Assembly: GCA_963718895.1 (NCBI GenBank)
Contig: CAVRAG010000004.1
Span: 325,456 to 389,455 of the forward strand
Source: an uncultured Nitrososphaerota archaeon
GTDB taxonomy: Archaea > Thermoproteota > Nitrososphaeria > Nitrososphaerales > Gagatemarchaeaceae
Reading direction: 5' to 3'
DNA: 64,000 nucleotides
Shown here: positions 10,759 through 21,163 of the stretch, in pieces
Layout of the letters: each line of letters begins with the position of its first letter
How positions within the stretch are numbered: position 1 is the stretch's first letter
Program-made: the position numbers and the translations under genes
The notes under the pieces: generated by a model
The model's database searches: none
Told to the model about the DNA's origin: nothing
What the model saw: only the letters and a program-made list of their open reading frames with translations

Positions 10759-10923
10759 CTACCTGAAGAGCAGGTTCATTATGATGGAGCCGACTATGAG
10801 TGCCATGGAAGCAGCCAGGACGAATTGAGGCCTCACCTTCACCCCTTCGGTTTCGTCTTCGAAGAAGCGCAGTAGACCCGCACTGGATGCCGGCATCGGC
10901 GCATTTTTCTTCTTGCTGCTCAT
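10759..10923 (-). CDS. secG: Preprotein translocase subunit Sec61-beta
   Basis: Manual translation MSSKKKNAPMPASSAGLLRFFEDETEGVKVRPQFVLAASMALIVGSIIMNLLFR; SAGLLRFF signature; missing from the ORF track. Confidence 0.92.
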   Translation of the reverse strand: MSSKKKNAPMPASSAGLLRFFEDETEGVKVRPQFVLAASMALIVGSIIMNLLFR

Positions 10924-11051
10924 TGCTTGCTCGCTCCGCTACGCTCGTTGTGGCGCCCTCCAAGCCTTCTAAAATAGGTTGTGTAGTGGAGGAGTTTGCA
11001 GCTTCCCTTCCGCAAACATATAATTAGCGAAAGGTCCCTCAAGAGGGCTGG

Positions 11052-12380
11052 ATGTCATATTCGTCAGATTACAAGAAGATCACTAGTCTGGTGGCGGAAC
11101 ACGAGAAGTGGTTCTCCGAGAGCCTGCCTCTGGTTGCAAGCGAGAACGTTGCGTCGCGCGGGGTCAGGGAGGTCCTTTCTTCCGACCTTGGACAAAGATA
11201 CGCCGAAGGATGGCCGGGTGAGAGGGTCTACGCTGGCTGCAAGTACATCGACCAGATTGAGCTCTACGCGATTGATCTGGCAAAGGAGCTGTTCAAGGCA
11301 GAGTTCGTCGACGTCAGGCCCGTCTCCGGCGCCTGCGCGAATCTGGCAGTCTACTCGGCAATCTCCGACCCCAACGACACTTTGATGGCGCTCTCCATCC
11401 CCAACGGCGGTCACGTGTCAGCGGCGAAGAAGGAGTTCTCCGGGACGGCTGGTCTCGTCCATGGTCTGCAGATAGAGTACTTCGCCTTCGACAAGGCGAG
11501 CATGAACATCGACGTTGACGAGTCGAAGAAGAAGCTGAGAGCGCTCCGGGCGGAGGGGCGCAGGCTGAAGATAGTGATGTTCGGAGGCAGCCTCCTGCTC
11601 TTCCCTCAGCCCGTGCGAGAATTGAGCGAGGTAGCAAGGGAGATCGGGGCCGTCCCATGCTATGACGCGGCGCACGTTGCTGGCCTCATAGCAGGCGGGC
11701 AGTTCCAGGATCCTCTGCGGGAGGGCGCCCACCTCATGACCTTCAGCACCCACAAGACCCTCTTTGGCCCCCAGGGTGGCGCGATAGCAGCGAAGGCGGA
11801 ATATGGCGAGGCCATAAAGAAGGCGGTCTTCCCGGGAACCTCGAGTAACCATCACCTTCACAACGTGGCCGCCAAGGCGCTGACGTTCGCTGAGTTCCTG
11901 AAGTACGGCAGGGCGTACGCGAGCGACGTCACCAAGAACGCGCTTGTACTCGCCGAGCGACTCTCAGAGTTGGGCGAGAACGTGGTCGGGGAGAGCGTGG
12001 GCTTCACCAAGTCCCATCAGGTCGCCCTTGACGTGACGCGGTATGGAGACGGCGGAGTCGTGGAGAAGAAGCTCGAGTCCATGAACATAATTGCCAACAG
12101 GCAGCTGCTCCCGGGCGACCTCGCGGCAGGACGGCACTACACCAACCCCGGCGGCGTCAGGCTGGGCGTCTCTGAGCTTACGAGGCTGGGCATGAAGAAG
12201 GACGACATGGAGGAAGTCGCGGATATCCTCCATCTGGCTCTGAGGTCGGACAAGGTCGCGGAGGTCAAGAAGCGCGTCCGAAGCCTGCGCAAGTCGCACC
12301 AGAATGTCCACTACTCGTTCAAGACGTCGGCGGCGTACTTCTATGCTCAGACGGGCGCGAAGTCTGTCAGCTCCAATTGA
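11052..12380 (+). CDS. glyA: Serine hydroxymethyltransferase
   Basis: LVASEN, YAEG, YDAAHVAGLIAGG, PLP lysine STHKT. Confidence 0.96.
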   Translation: MSYSSDYKKITSLVAEHEKWFSESLPLVASENVASRGVREVLSSDLGQRYAEGWPGERVYAGCKYIDQIELYAIDLAKELFKAEFVDVRPVSGACANLAVYSAISDPNDTLMALSIPNGGHVSAAKKEFSGTAGLVHGLQIEYFAFDKASMNIDVDESKKKLRALRAEGRRLKIVMFGGSLLLFPQPVRELSEVAREIGAVPCYDAAHVAGLIAGGQFQDPLREGAHLMTFSTHKTLFGPQGGAIAAKAEYGEAIKKAVFPGTSSNHHLHNVAAKALTFAEFLKYGRAYASDVTKNALVLAERLSELGENVVGESVGFTKSHQVALDVTRYGDGGVVEKKLESMNIIANRQLLPGDLAAGRHYTNPGGVRLGVSELTRLGMKKDDMEEVADILHLALRSDKVAEVKKRVRSLRKSHQNVHYSFKTSAAYFYAQTGAKSVSSN

Positions 12381-15300
12381 GTGGAGCGTTCACGCTCGTT
12401 GAAGAGCTGATCCAGCTCTCTCACCAAGAGGTCGAGCCTGCCCTTGATGTACTCGTCCACGTCGTAGTCGTTCGCGAGTCTCCTCGCCAGAGAGAGGTAC
12501 TTCTCGACTGAGCCGCGCGTCAGGGTCTCCCTCAGGTCCTGGCCGCACATGTCACACGTGCCGGATATCGTCGGTCTTCGGAAGGAACGGCCGCAACCTC
12601 TGCACTTGAACGATTGGGTGGCGTACTTCTTCATGTTCCCCATGATGTCTCTCAGAAGGTGGGTCTTGATTATCGACTCCACGACATCCTTGGTCGAGAC
12701 AGCCTCAATCTTCTCCGCCACCTCGATTTGTTTGGATATCTTCTCGTTGAGGCTCGTCAGTGTGGGGTACGCGCTCCTCGGATGCTTGATCGTTATCGAC
12801 TCTGTCCCGTTTGTGAAACCGTATCCGTAGAACTGTCCCTCCTTGTTGAGTCTGTCGCCGATCCGCTCGATCAGGCGTGACACCTTCGATGGGTTTGGGG
12901 TCTCTTGGCTCAGCCTGTAGAATTCCGATGGGTACGTCCACGCTACGTCGAAGTTGTGCGCCTGATCGTCCACCTCGGCCGGTAGAAGTATCGGCTGGAT
13001 GAGCAGGGGCGTGTCCATGAGGCCGCCTATCTGGTTCGGAATGTACTCCACCGAGAAGTTCAGCAGCACGTCCACGAGGAGCAGGAGCGAATCGCCGTCG
13101 CCGTCGCAGTCCCTCCTCTTCGCCGCGTGCCAGCAGGGATTAGCGAAACACACCTGGGCGTTGGTGAAGCCGACTATCCTCCCGACCACTCCCACAGAGG
13201 TGTGCGGCGCCAGGCCGACCGCTATCTTTCCCAGGAGGTCCGGGACCGTGTTGATGTTGTATATCTTGTCTAGGTTGTATATGGTCTCCAGCTCTTCATC
13301 TGCGAACTTCGCGATTCTTACGAGGTCGGAGGCGATGTTCTCCGGGATGATTATGTCCTGCGGTTTGAGCTCGAGTATCTGGTCGACGCTGGTGAGAGGC
13401 GCCCGATGGATGTCCTTGGTGTAGCCGAGTGAGATGAGCTTCTCGACAGCTATGTGAGTGTCACGCGGGCGGAAATGTGTCAGCGTCGCATTTGTAAGGT
13501 CGATCCTCGTCGTTCCGTCCTTGTAGACGTAGACTTCGTGCTTGCTTCGAAGCGCGCCCTTTTCGATGAGCTCGCAGAATTTTGACTCGCTCGAGAGCCC
13601 GCGGACCCCTTTGATGGGTTTCCCGCTCATCGTTGGTACTCTCCGCATCGCTCGTTCCATTCCAAACCTGAGGTCGTACCCGTAGCTCGAGTGTCTGACC
13701 CCGTCCACCTTGCAGTTCGGGCAGGTTCTCACGTCCTTCAGGACCTGGCCGCACCTCGGACAGCTCAGGAAACGTATGGTAGCCTCGCTGCATTCCTGGC
13801 ACTTGCTCGAGAGCCTTCTCTGGCCGCATGAAGGACAGATCACGTTGACCACGTCGATGGCCACGACCCCCGCCTTTGATGCCGTGAGCAGGTCTCTGGC
13901 GCTGCCCCCACCGCTCCCGACCGGGAAGAGAACGTGGACGGGCGGCTTCAGGTGCCTCAGCATCGCCTTCTCCGGCCGTCCCACCCGCATCCCTATGGTA
14001 GCGGTTGTCTGCCGGGTCACCCTTATTCCGGAGATCTTGCTCACCATCTCAACTGTGTCTGCAAACTGCTGCTCGGAATCGATGGTGCCGCCCAGCCGCA
14101 GCAACCTAGTCAGGACCAGGGCTGTGTCCCCCTCCATGACCGCCGTCCCCATCTCACGGGTGTAGGGTACGAGCAGACTATGCAGCATCGATTCTACGTG
14201 GCTTGATGCGATTTCGACGTGTACATGATGACCTACGAGCTTCATCGAGGATCTCAAGGTCAGAAGGTCGGGGATTGAGAGCCTGTCAAAGCGAGGATTA
14301 TGGAACGGGTTTATCGGTATGTCCATCCCTTCAGCTATCTTCATCGCCTCTGCGGCTGTCGGGAGGCTCCCGCTTCGGATTTCTGACATCCTCGCGTCTC
14401 CGATGATGCTTCGGGTGGAGGCGGCTCTCTCTTGATTGAGAAGGGCGTGCTCGAGGTCTTCCAGCCACCACTCCTGTACGTACGGGGACGGCTGGATGGC
14501 CTTGTTGTTCTCCAGGAAATCGCCGAAGCTAATCAGTGCGTCCCCCAGGTCGATTATTCGGACTACGTCGTCGTGGTAAATCTCCGCCTCCTTCACCGTG
14601 TTAATCTTCCGCACCGAGCCGTCCCGCATCACGACGGTCGGGCCTTCGATTGAGTCGACGAAGGCGATGGTCGCGGATTTGCCGGGCGTATCTACCTTGA
14701 CCTGGGTCCCGGCGACCACGGCATCATCCAGGAGCGTGGCAAGCACGGGGTGGATTCCCAGCGTCGACAGCCCGGTATTTATCGACCTGCCGTATCGTAT
14801 CCTGAAACCTCCCTTCGCGTTGTGGGATGAGAGGACTGCGCGGCCTGATATGACCTCCTCGAAGTGGGCACCAGCCTTCTCGGTCTCATTGGTGGACTCC
14901 TGCTTTCCTCCCTTCAGTTGAGGCAGCCACTCCCAACCGGAGATTTCCAGTTCCCGGAGGACCTTCGTCAGCTTGTGGGCGCGACCGATTATCCCGTCGT
15001 TCAGGACCCTGAGGGCTCCTCCCCTGACCCGGTCGGTGCTCACCCTCTTCAGGTTCCGGTGTACGACGACCTCGACCGGATCGGTCTCGACGCCGTCGAT
15101 TTCGACTGGGAGGTTTGATATCGCCACCCGTACGTCTTCGTCGGTGACCCGGTACTGGAAGTTGCCGACCTCGCGTTCGTACACTCGAAGCTCCTCGATG
15201 TATCGTCCAATCTCCTCTTCGCGCGCCCGGTATGGTGAGAGCCCCAGCTTCTTCCTTACGACATCTCCGATCAGCACTGAAAGTGCGGCTTCGGTCCCTC

Positions 15301-15796
15301 CTGCGGAACGCATGGGACCGGCATACGAGATTGACGCGTAATCGCTATTGTCATCGTTCTTCTTTATTGAGACGGAGTAGATTCCCTGTATCGGGGCGAC
15401 GGTCACGCCGTCGGTGATTACTGCCAAGCCTGCTCGCACAGCATGGTCCAGCGCCTGCTCGATCTTCATGGGTCCGAACTTCCCGAGTGCTATCTCCTCC
15501 GCTATGGTCAGGGTGGCCCTCTCCTTCGAGGTTGACTTGAGGAGCTCCCGGAGCCTGTCGGCCAAGCCTTCGAACTGGGTGAGACCGAGCATCTGGTTGA
15601 CCCTGTCCGCCAGATCGAAGACGACCTTCGACTCGACGAACTCGTTGGGGTCTAGACCCTTCGCCTTCGCCTTCTCGGCCGTGTTGAACGTAGATTCGTA
15701 CTCCGCGAGTATGCCCTTGTAGTAATCCTCGAGATGAGGGGGGAACGCCGTGAGCTGCCTCATTCGCTCCCAAGAGGTCTCGGCCGAGAAGGGCAT
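12347..15796 (-). CDS. polC: DNA polymerase II (PolD) large subunit DP2, no intein evident
   Basis: YAGPMRSAGGT, GFRIRYGR, IGMRVGRPEKA, HAAKRRDCDGDGD, GGLMDTPL, Zn fingers. Confidence 0.97.
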   Translation of the reverse strand: MPFSAETSWERMRQLTAFPPHLEDYYKGILAEYESTFNTAEKAKAKGLDPNEFVESKVVFDLADRVNQMLGLTQFEGLADRLRELLKSTSKERATLTIAEEIALGKFGPMKIEQALDHAVRAGLAVITDGVTVAPIQGIYSVSIKKNDDNSDYASISYAGPMRSAGGTEAALSVLIGDVVRKKLGLSPYRAREEEIGRYIEELRVYEREVGNFQYRVTDEDVRVAISNLPVEIDGVETDPVEVVVHRNLKRVSTDRVRGGALRVLNDGIIGRAHKLTKVLRELEISGWEWLPQLKGGKQESTNETEKAGAHFEEVISGRAVLSSHNAKGGFRIRYGRSINTGLSTLGIHPVLATLLDDAVVAGTQVKVDTPGKSATIAFVDSIEGPTVVMRDGSVRKINTVKEAEIYHDDVVRIIDLGDALISFGDFLENNKAIQPSPYVQEWWLEDLEHALLNQERAASTRSIIGDARMSEIRSGSLPTAAEAMKIAEGMDIPINPFHNPRFDRLSIPDLLTLRSSMKLVGHHVHVEIASSHVESMLHSLLVPYTREMGTAVMEGDTALVLTRLLRLGGTIDSEQQFADTVEMVSKISGIRVTRQTTATIGMRVGRPEKAMLRHLKPPVHVLFPVGSGGGSARDLLTASKAGVVAIDVVNVICPSCGQRRLSSKCQECSEATIRFLSCPRCGQVLKDVRTCPNCKVDGVRHSSYGYDLRFGMERAMRRVPTMSGKPIKGVRGLSSESKFCELIEKGALRSKHEVYVYKDGTTRIDLTNATLTHFRPRDTHIAVEKLISLGYTKDIHRAPLTSVDQILELKPQDIIIPENIASDLVRIAKFADEELETIYNLDKIYNINTVPDLLGKIAVGLAPHTSVGVVGRIVGFTNAQVCFANPCWHAAKRRDCDGDGDSLLLLVDVLLNFSVEYIPNQIGGLMDTPLLIQPILLPAEVDDQAHNFDVAWTYPSEFYRLSQETPNPSKVSRLIERIGDRLNKEGQFYGYGFTNGTESITIKHPRSAYPTLTSLNEKISKQIEVAEKIEAVSTKDVVESIIKTHLLRDIMGNMKKYATQSFKCRGCGRSFRRPTISGTCDMCGQDLRETLTRGSVEKYLSLARRLANDYDVDEYIKGRLDLLVRELDQLFNERERSTQLELTDFAPV

Positions 15797-15942
15797 TTGG
15801 GCACCTGAAAGTGTGAGGGGCTTAAAGGCTTACTTCGGCACTACCGTACGCCTTGAAGAAATCGGAGAGACCCGACTGAAGGCGGACAAACGCTGTTAGC
15901 GGGTCTCGTCGGCTGCGCCGCAAGGTCGTCTTAGGATGACGA

Positions 15943-16239
15943 CTAGCCTTCTAGACTGATTCGGGCGATGTACGCGTACTCGTGGGGCGTGGGCGGATGA
16001 TGCTCATCCTGGTGCTCTGGCTTCGGGGTTCCTTCGCGCTTGTCAGATTTCAGGTGGACCTGAAACTCTGGGTCAGTCAGCTGGTACGTCAGGATGATCT
16101 TCTTGCTGGAAGTATCGATTATCTCGACGCTGGAGATTGGTTGGAAGCCTTTCTCTTCGAGACCCTCCATCCTCTTCCACATATCGCGGGCGGCGTCCCT
16201 CACAGTATCACCTCTCCCATCAATCGTTATGGCAGGCAA
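15943..16239 (-). CDS. Hypothetical protein
   Basis: 98-aa ORF, TATA-like TTTAGTAT upstream. Confidence 0.5.
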   Translation of the reverse strand: MPAITIDGRGDTVRDAARDMWKRMEGLEEKGFQPISSVEIIDTSSKKIILTYQLTDPEFQVHLKSDKREGTPKPEHQDEHHPPTPHEYAYIARISLEG

Positions 16240-16265
16240 CCCACGACCGAGGTGTGTGGGTGATA

Positions 16266-17042
16266 CTAAACCTTAGTCCTCAATTCAGCGCTGGTCGCAT
16301 TTCCCGCCGGATGATTCACGAGGCACAATGAGCAATCTCCACACAAACAGTCTGCCGGGCAACACCTATCGCTGCAAGGTTGCGCGGGGATGTTCTGAAA
16401 GTGCGTCGCCGCCTCCCTCACACATAGAAAGGTCGCGATCGTGAGGACAGACCAGTTGCTGACGAGGGGGATATAGTTCCAACCGCGCAGGTTCAAGTCC
16501 CACTGTATCAGATTACTGATAGAGCTCGTCATCTGCAGGTAGTTTGCAGCCAGAAGGATGACCGTGGAGAACACTATGGCCGGAAGGCCGAAGATCTTGA
16601 CGGCGTTTATTATTCCTGTTCTGAAAGACACGCAGACGATGGTCAGGCTCCAGACCGCGAAGGCTGCGGCCCCGGATTCATAGGAGGATGCAAAACTGTA
16701 GTACGTTGCGTCTACTATGGCAAACAGGATATAGACAAGGCCTCCGGAGAGCGTCAGAGTCATCACCAACCATCTGGGAAAGCGCGGAGCAATCGGCCTG
16801 CTGAGCCAAGACGGGAGAGACGGCTTGATGATCAGGAACAGGGCCACGACGGATGCGATTACCAGTCCCTCTGCGATCTCACTGAGGGAGTCCAGGCGAA
16901 AGGGAGACAGAAGGCAGGCCTCTTCGCATCCTCTCGAGACGAGCACAAACAGAGCAAGGGAGACAGTCATGAAGGCGAAGACGACCAGCATCCAGCGACC
17001 CCTGCTCATCATTTGATTCGTCCCATTCCCGCCATCTAACAA
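16266..17042 (-). CDS. Multi-pass membrane protein with Cys-rich C-terminal tail
   Basis: About 6 hydrophobic segments; tail CSDRCCPADCLCGDCSLC; start probably ATG near 17011. Confidence 0.6.
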   Translation of the reverse strand: MLDGGNGTNQMMSRGRWMLVVFAFMTVSLALFVLVSRGCEEACLLSPFRLDSLSEIAEGLVIASVVALFLIIKPSLPSWLSRPIAPRFPRWLVMTLTLSGGLVYILFAIVDATYYSFASSYESGAAAFAVWSLTIVCVSFRTGIINAVKIFGLPAIVFSTVILLAANYLQMTSSISNLIQWDLNLRGWNYIPLVSNWSVLTIATFLCVREAATHFQNIPAQPCSDRCCPADCLCGDCSLCLVNHPAGNATSAELRTKV

Positions 17043-17118
17043 GTTCGACTTGACCGTCCTAGTGAGGAATGCCCTGGTACTGAAAAGGGTTGCCGTCGGC
17101 TGAATCGAAAGGTTGGAT
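17034..17118 (-). repeat. attC-like imperfect hairpin
   Basis: Minus strand ATCCAAC-CTTTC-GATTCAGC...GAACTT-GTTAGAT; RYYYAAC and GTTRRRY ends are complementary, TTCGA/TCGAA inner stem. Confidence 0.5.
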
Positions 17119-17269
17119 GTCCGCGAGTCGGATGGATGGGAAGTAGGTGCCGCGCTGTGTATGATGAATCGTCCCCCTCGACATCTTGGGCATGTTCTAG
17201 TCCGGAACGCTCCCTCATCTAAAGTTATGTCAGAGCTACCCCGGCCGTCCTGGGGATTACATGGTCGGA

Positions 17270-18190
17270 TTAGTTCTGAGCTGGCGATTGACCATCATGA
17301 TGGGAGCGGGGTCGTGGCGGTGCGGTCGCGACCGACTCCGGCTCTTCAGCGACGACCAGCTTCCCTGCGAGCCATGGCTTCATCACGAGGTCCCACCGAG
17401 TAATCACCTTGCCTCCCCGGATCACAAGGCATTCGGCCCCGTGCTTCTGCAGCTTCAGGGCCGCCTCCCCAAGGTTCGTCCGCTGGCCGACCGCGACGGG
17501 TCCGGCGCTCCAGAGTTCGCCTATCGGCGTAACCAGCGGGTCGCGATGAGGCTCATAGACCAGCGAGTCGAGGCTCTCCGGGTTGAGGATGTAATCAATC
17601 ATGGACCTGTCGGAGACGTAGCACCCGTCACCTTCGATGAATATCCGTCTGTACTGGCGCTCGAACATGGTCTCAAGCGCATCGCGGACGGGCGTGTCGC
17701 CCGGCATGGAAAAGATCGGGCTCGCGACATCCTCGGCCGTCATGTCAGTCTTGAGCAATCCCGTGTCATAGAGCCTGAGGACGTCACCGAGCGTCACGAG
17801 GCTCGGCCTCCCGCGTGAACCGGACGCTCTCAAGCCTGCGCAACCGAGCTTCCTGGACCTGAAACAATCCAGCAGCTCCCCGAGCTCCTGGTCTGCTGTG
17901 AGGGAGTCCAACCGGTCCGAGGCCTTGACGCATGGTCCCTGGACAAAAGAGGCAAAGCGCTTGTGCCCCATCGTGACGAGCTTCTCCAGACTCGAGAACC
18001 CGAGGACGGCCCTGCATTCGTCGTTGTCAGAGGTGAGGGGGACCGCAGCCAAGTCCTGCATCCTGAGCAGGTACAGGACGGTGATGAGCGGAAAGTCCGG
18101 TTTTACTATGGCACGCTGCCTTTCGAGTACGAATGGGAGCGCCGAGCCTAGCCGCAATCCTTGTAACCCCACGTGTAGCATAACCCTCAC
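17270..18190 (-). CDS. CBS-domain protein
   Basis: Repeated CBS-like segments (LVTLGDVL, TPVRDALETM, KVITRWDLV). Confidence 0.75.
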   Translation of the reverse strand: MRVMLHVGLQGLRLGSALPFVLERQRAIVKPDFPLITVLYLLRMQDLAAVPLTSDNDECRAVLGFSSLEKLVTMGHKRFASFVQGPCVKASDRLDSLTADQELGELLDCFRSRKLGCAGLRASGSRGRPSLVTLGDVLRLYDTGLLKTDMTAEDVASPIFSMPGDTPVRDALETMFERQYRRIFIEGDGCYVSDRSMIDYILNPESLDSLVYEPHRDPLVTPIGELWSAGPVAVGQRTNLGEAALKLQKHGAECLVIRGGKVITRWDLVMKPWLAGKLVVAEEPESVATAPPRPRSHHDGQSPAQN

Positions 18191-18293
18191 ATCTTAACTA
18201 TTTGTCCGAATTTCGAGAGAGAATTGGTGTTTTTTGCCACTTTTCGAAATTCGGCGGCGGGAGACAGGTTAAAGGCCCCGGGCCGGGCCGCAC

Positions 18294-18548
18294 TTGATGC
18301 AGATGCCTGACGACAACGTCATCGTGAAGGTCTCGAAGGTCCTCGACAAGGGACTAGTCTCGATCCCGCTCGAGATAAGGGAGAAGCTCGACTTGCAGCC
18401 TGGTACCAAGATGATCGTTTTCGCCACGGAGGACGGGGTAGTGCTGAGAAAAGCGGAGCTCTTCTTCGAGAGGGAACCCCCGGCTGGGTTGCTGAGCAGG
18501 ATTCGCGGGATATTCTCAAAGGTCCCGATAAGGGACATAGAGGAGTGA
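18294..18548 (+). CDS. AbrB/MazE/SpoVT-family DNA-binding protein
   Basis: KVLDKGLVSIPLEIREKLDLQPGTKM. Confidence 0.85.
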   Translation: MMQMPDDNVIVKVSKVLDKGLVSIPLEIREKLDLQPGTKMIVFATEDGVVLRKAELFFEREPPAGLLSRIRGIFSKVPIRDIEE

Positions 18549-18607
18549 CTTGGCGGTAGTCTGAAAGCTCTTGCCTGGCTGATGCCGGGTGGTGTCCGAG
18601 TGTGGGG

Positions 18608-18635
18608 GAAACCGACCCAGTTAGGGTCGGTTCCT
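18608..18635. terminator. Hairpin between convergent genes
   Basis: AACCGACCC-AGTTA-GGGTCGGTT perfect stem. Confidence 0.45.
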
Positions 18636-18653
18636 GGCTCACGAACCTGACCT

Positions 18654-19139
18654 TCAGGCCGGGCCCTTGATCTGTCCTGCCGTCGCGCTCATTGATGCCA
18701 CCTGTGCCAAAGGCGCTGGTCCTCTCCACCTGAGGGTCATTATGCCGCCCGCTATACCCAATACCGCTCCTATGACGAATCCTCCCGTCCCTAAGAAGCC
18801 CAGAATGGAGAAGATGACTATCAACAGTCCGAAGAGGACCGACTGGTTCGGGTACACCCTCAGCATGACGCCGGAGCCGAGCACGATGAGACCCGAGATG
18901 AGCCCGAACGAGCCTACCCCTTCCAAGACACCGCTCACGAAGCTGGGAATGTTCTGAGCCGATATCGATCCCATCGGGTTGTTGAATACGGACGCGTTCA
19001 GATGAGGAGTCACGAAGACGGAGACCCCAAGAATGAGGAGCCCGGCCGCGATCATGAGACAGCCACCTACCATAGCGAGTACAGATCCCGTGTTGGGATA
19101 TCCTGTTGCCGTTTTTTGTGAAGTCATTTTTTGAATCAC
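18654..19139 (-). CDS. Gly-rich membrane protein (DUF6114-like)
   Basis: GGFVIGAVLGIAGG, 4 TM segments. Confidence 0.7.
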   Translation of the reverse strand: MIQKMTSQKTATGYPNTGSVLAMVGGCLMIAAGLLILGVSVFVTPHLNASVFNNPMGSISAQNIPSFVSGVLEGVGSFGLISGLIVLGSGVMLRVYPNQSVLFGLLIVIFSILGFLGTGGFVIGAVLGIAGGIMTLRWRGPAPLAQVASMSATAGQIKGPA

Positions 19140-19229
19140 AGGGAGTGTATGGTACTGGTGCGACTAAATCGGTTCGCTGATACGATAATGATATGGTAGC
19201 GAGTTGGATGAAACGATTCTGATACGGAT

Positions 19230-19778
19230 TCACGTCGCTGCCTTCGGAATCTCTTCGAGGGAGCGCGCGATGTCAGTGCTCCAGGCCTCGATGTCCTGCC
19301 AGTCCCTGAAGTCGCCCTCCTGCATCGTCTTGCGAATCGTCTCTGACTTCCGCAGTTGGCGGTAGAGGAAGCCCTGTTTGTCGCCCTCCAGAGCGCCGAA
19401 GAAGACCCGATGGCCCTTTGCCTGCAGGTCTCGTTTCAGCCCATCAAGCTCGGACGGACCGGAGACCGAAGGATCGAGAAGGTCTTGGCCTTTGGCATTC
19501 TTTTTCTCCTTGCCTGTCGGACCGCTGCTGAAGAGCCAGACCGGCCGCGTCGACAGGATGGCGTTGTTCCGCGATGCAAACCGTTTTGCCTCTTTCATCC
19601 AGTGAAACATGTACAGGGCGCTGCCAAGCACGAAAGCGTCGTAGGCCCCAAGATTCTGGACTTGGCTGACCTCAAGGACGTCGACGTCCAGCCCTCTCTG
19701 GCGGAGCTTCTCTCCGATGAAGTCGGCGATACCTTTGGTCGACCCGTGTTTGCTCGCGTAGGCGACAAGAATCTTCAT
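19230..19778 (-). CDS. Flavodoxin-domain protein (HemG-like)
   Basis: ILVAYASKHGSTKGIA, WLFSSGP, GDFRDW. Confidence 0.88.
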   Translation of the reverse strand: MKILVAYASKHGSTKGIADFIGEKLRQRGLDVDVLEVSQVQNLGAYDAFVLGSALYMFHWMKEAKRFASRNNAILSTRPVWLFSSGPTGKEKKNAKGQDLLDPSVSGPSELDGLKRDLQAKGHRVFFGALEGDKQGFLYRQLRKSETIRKTMQEGDFRDWQDIEAWSTDIARSLEEIPKAAT

Positions 19779-19895
19779 CTTCGTTCGCTCACCTTTTGGT
19801 GAGCGGCATAACGGTTTTTTGACGGCGGTGTTCAGACGTACACAATGCTGTGCATAAGACCGAGGTCAGTTTGATGGAGGTGACTGTCCTTCGTT

Positions 19896-21038
19896 CTATC
19901 CGACACTGTTCCAGATTTGCGTTCCTGGAGGCAGTGGTTGAGTGGCGCTGATGCTGAATTGGTCGCCTGCATAGGCGGTCGGATTCTGGATCTGCCCTTG
20001 GACATTCCAAGGAGATGCAGAGTATGACACCGCAGACGCGATGTAGTGCCACACGCCGCTGCTCATGTACTGCGCAGATTGGATGTTTATAGTGTTGAAC
20101 CTGAAAGGAGCTACAGCTGTCGTCTGTTGTTCGAGTAGCACATGCGGCTGGGTCGAGATGGACGCGATACTTGAGCCGAAGTCATAGGTTCCAAATTCTA
20201 TTCCGTTGAAGTAGAATCCCCATATGTCGGAGTTGGGAGCTATGGCCTCGGCCATGAAGGTGTTGTATGAAGGTTGCGAGACGGTGGTCGAAGGCCCGGA
20301 ACTGGAAGACATGGGGGCGTAGGGCAGAGTTGTCACGTTCCATACTTGGCCGAACGGTAGGATCGTGTCGTTTCCCGTCTGGAAGTACCCTACTTGGATG
20401 AAGAGATCGTCCGGGAGGTAGTCGTCGATGAAGACGGCAATCAGATTTGAGGACCTTTCGCCTACCGTGGTCTGGGGAACAGCTTCTATTGTCGCCCTTA
20501 TCCCGGAGTTGCCTGCCATATTGACGTCAGACGATGTGATACCCGTGTAGAAGTAATTGACCGCGTCCGCTATTGAGGTCGTGGTTGTTGTACCCGACGA
20601 TGAGGTGGAGCTCGAACAGAAAGAACCCTCCCCACACGTAGAACTTGACGTGGTGGTGGTCGATATGGTGGTGCTTGAAGTCGTCGACGCAGTTGTGGTC
20701 GATTTGCTTGATTCCGCTGAAGAACTCGAAGTTGTAGATGAGGTGATCGTGATGCTTGTTGTTGAAGGCGGCGGGCTAGTTATGGAGGCTGTGCTCGAGA
20801 TAGTCGTGCTGGATGTGGTAGTGCTTGGGGTGGTTGCGCTTGGCGTCGAGTATGTTGAGGACGATAGAGTCGACTCGGTGGTCGCCAGCTTGCTCACGCT
20901 CTGCTCCCCGAACCTCGTGTACGCCAGGACGACCGTGAGGGACGCTAAAGCTACCACCACCACAATAGCCACTGCCAGTATCTTGCGAGATGGTCCTCCG
21001 GTTGCTATTGCCGTCAAGCGAGCCAGCCTCGTAATCAT
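19896..21038 (-). CDS. Membrane-anchored Ser/Thr-rich protein with a possible glutamic-peptidase (G1/neprosin-like) C-terminal domain
   Basis: N-terminal TM, long S/T linker, then GIRATI...FIQVGY...WGFYFNG...VLLEQ. Confidence 0.6.
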   Translation of the reverse strand: MITRLARLTAIATGGPSRKILAVAIVVVVALASLTVVLAYTRFGEQSVSKLATTESTLSSSTYSTPSATTPSTTTSSTTISSTASITSPPPSTTSITITSSTTSSSSAESSKSTTTASTTSSTTISTTTTSSSTCGEGSFCSSSTSSSGTTTTTSIADAVNYFYTGITSSDVNMAGNSGIRATIEAVPQTTVGERSSNLIAVFIDDYLPDDLFIQVGYFQTGNDTILPFGQVWNVTTLPYAPMSSSSGPSTTVSQPSYNTFMAEAIAPNSDIWGFYFNGIEFGTYDFGSSIASISTQPHVLLEQQTTAVAPFRFNTINIQSAQYMSSGVWHYIASAVSYSASPWNVQGQIQNPTAYAGDQFSISATQPLPPGTQIWNSVG

Positions 21039-21053
21039 TTCGGGCCGGATTGC

Positions 21054-21073
21054 GATTAATAGTTATGTCCGAA
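21054..21073 (-). repeat. Conserved 20-bp motif TTCGGACATAACTATTAATC (exact)
   Basis: Identical to the copies at 45435, 48071 and 60484. Confidence 0.9.
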
Positions 21074-21163
21074 CGGTGGCTCTATCTGAGTGCACGATCT
21101 AACTAAGCCACTGACAAAGCCGTATATCTCGGAGGTTCAGAGTTCGTACAAGGGTGCTGAGCC

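Noticed and set aside
12347-15796. Intein in PolD large subunit
   Set aside because: Length 1149 aa and the catalytic HAAKRRDCDGDGD motif are contiguous; no insertion evident.
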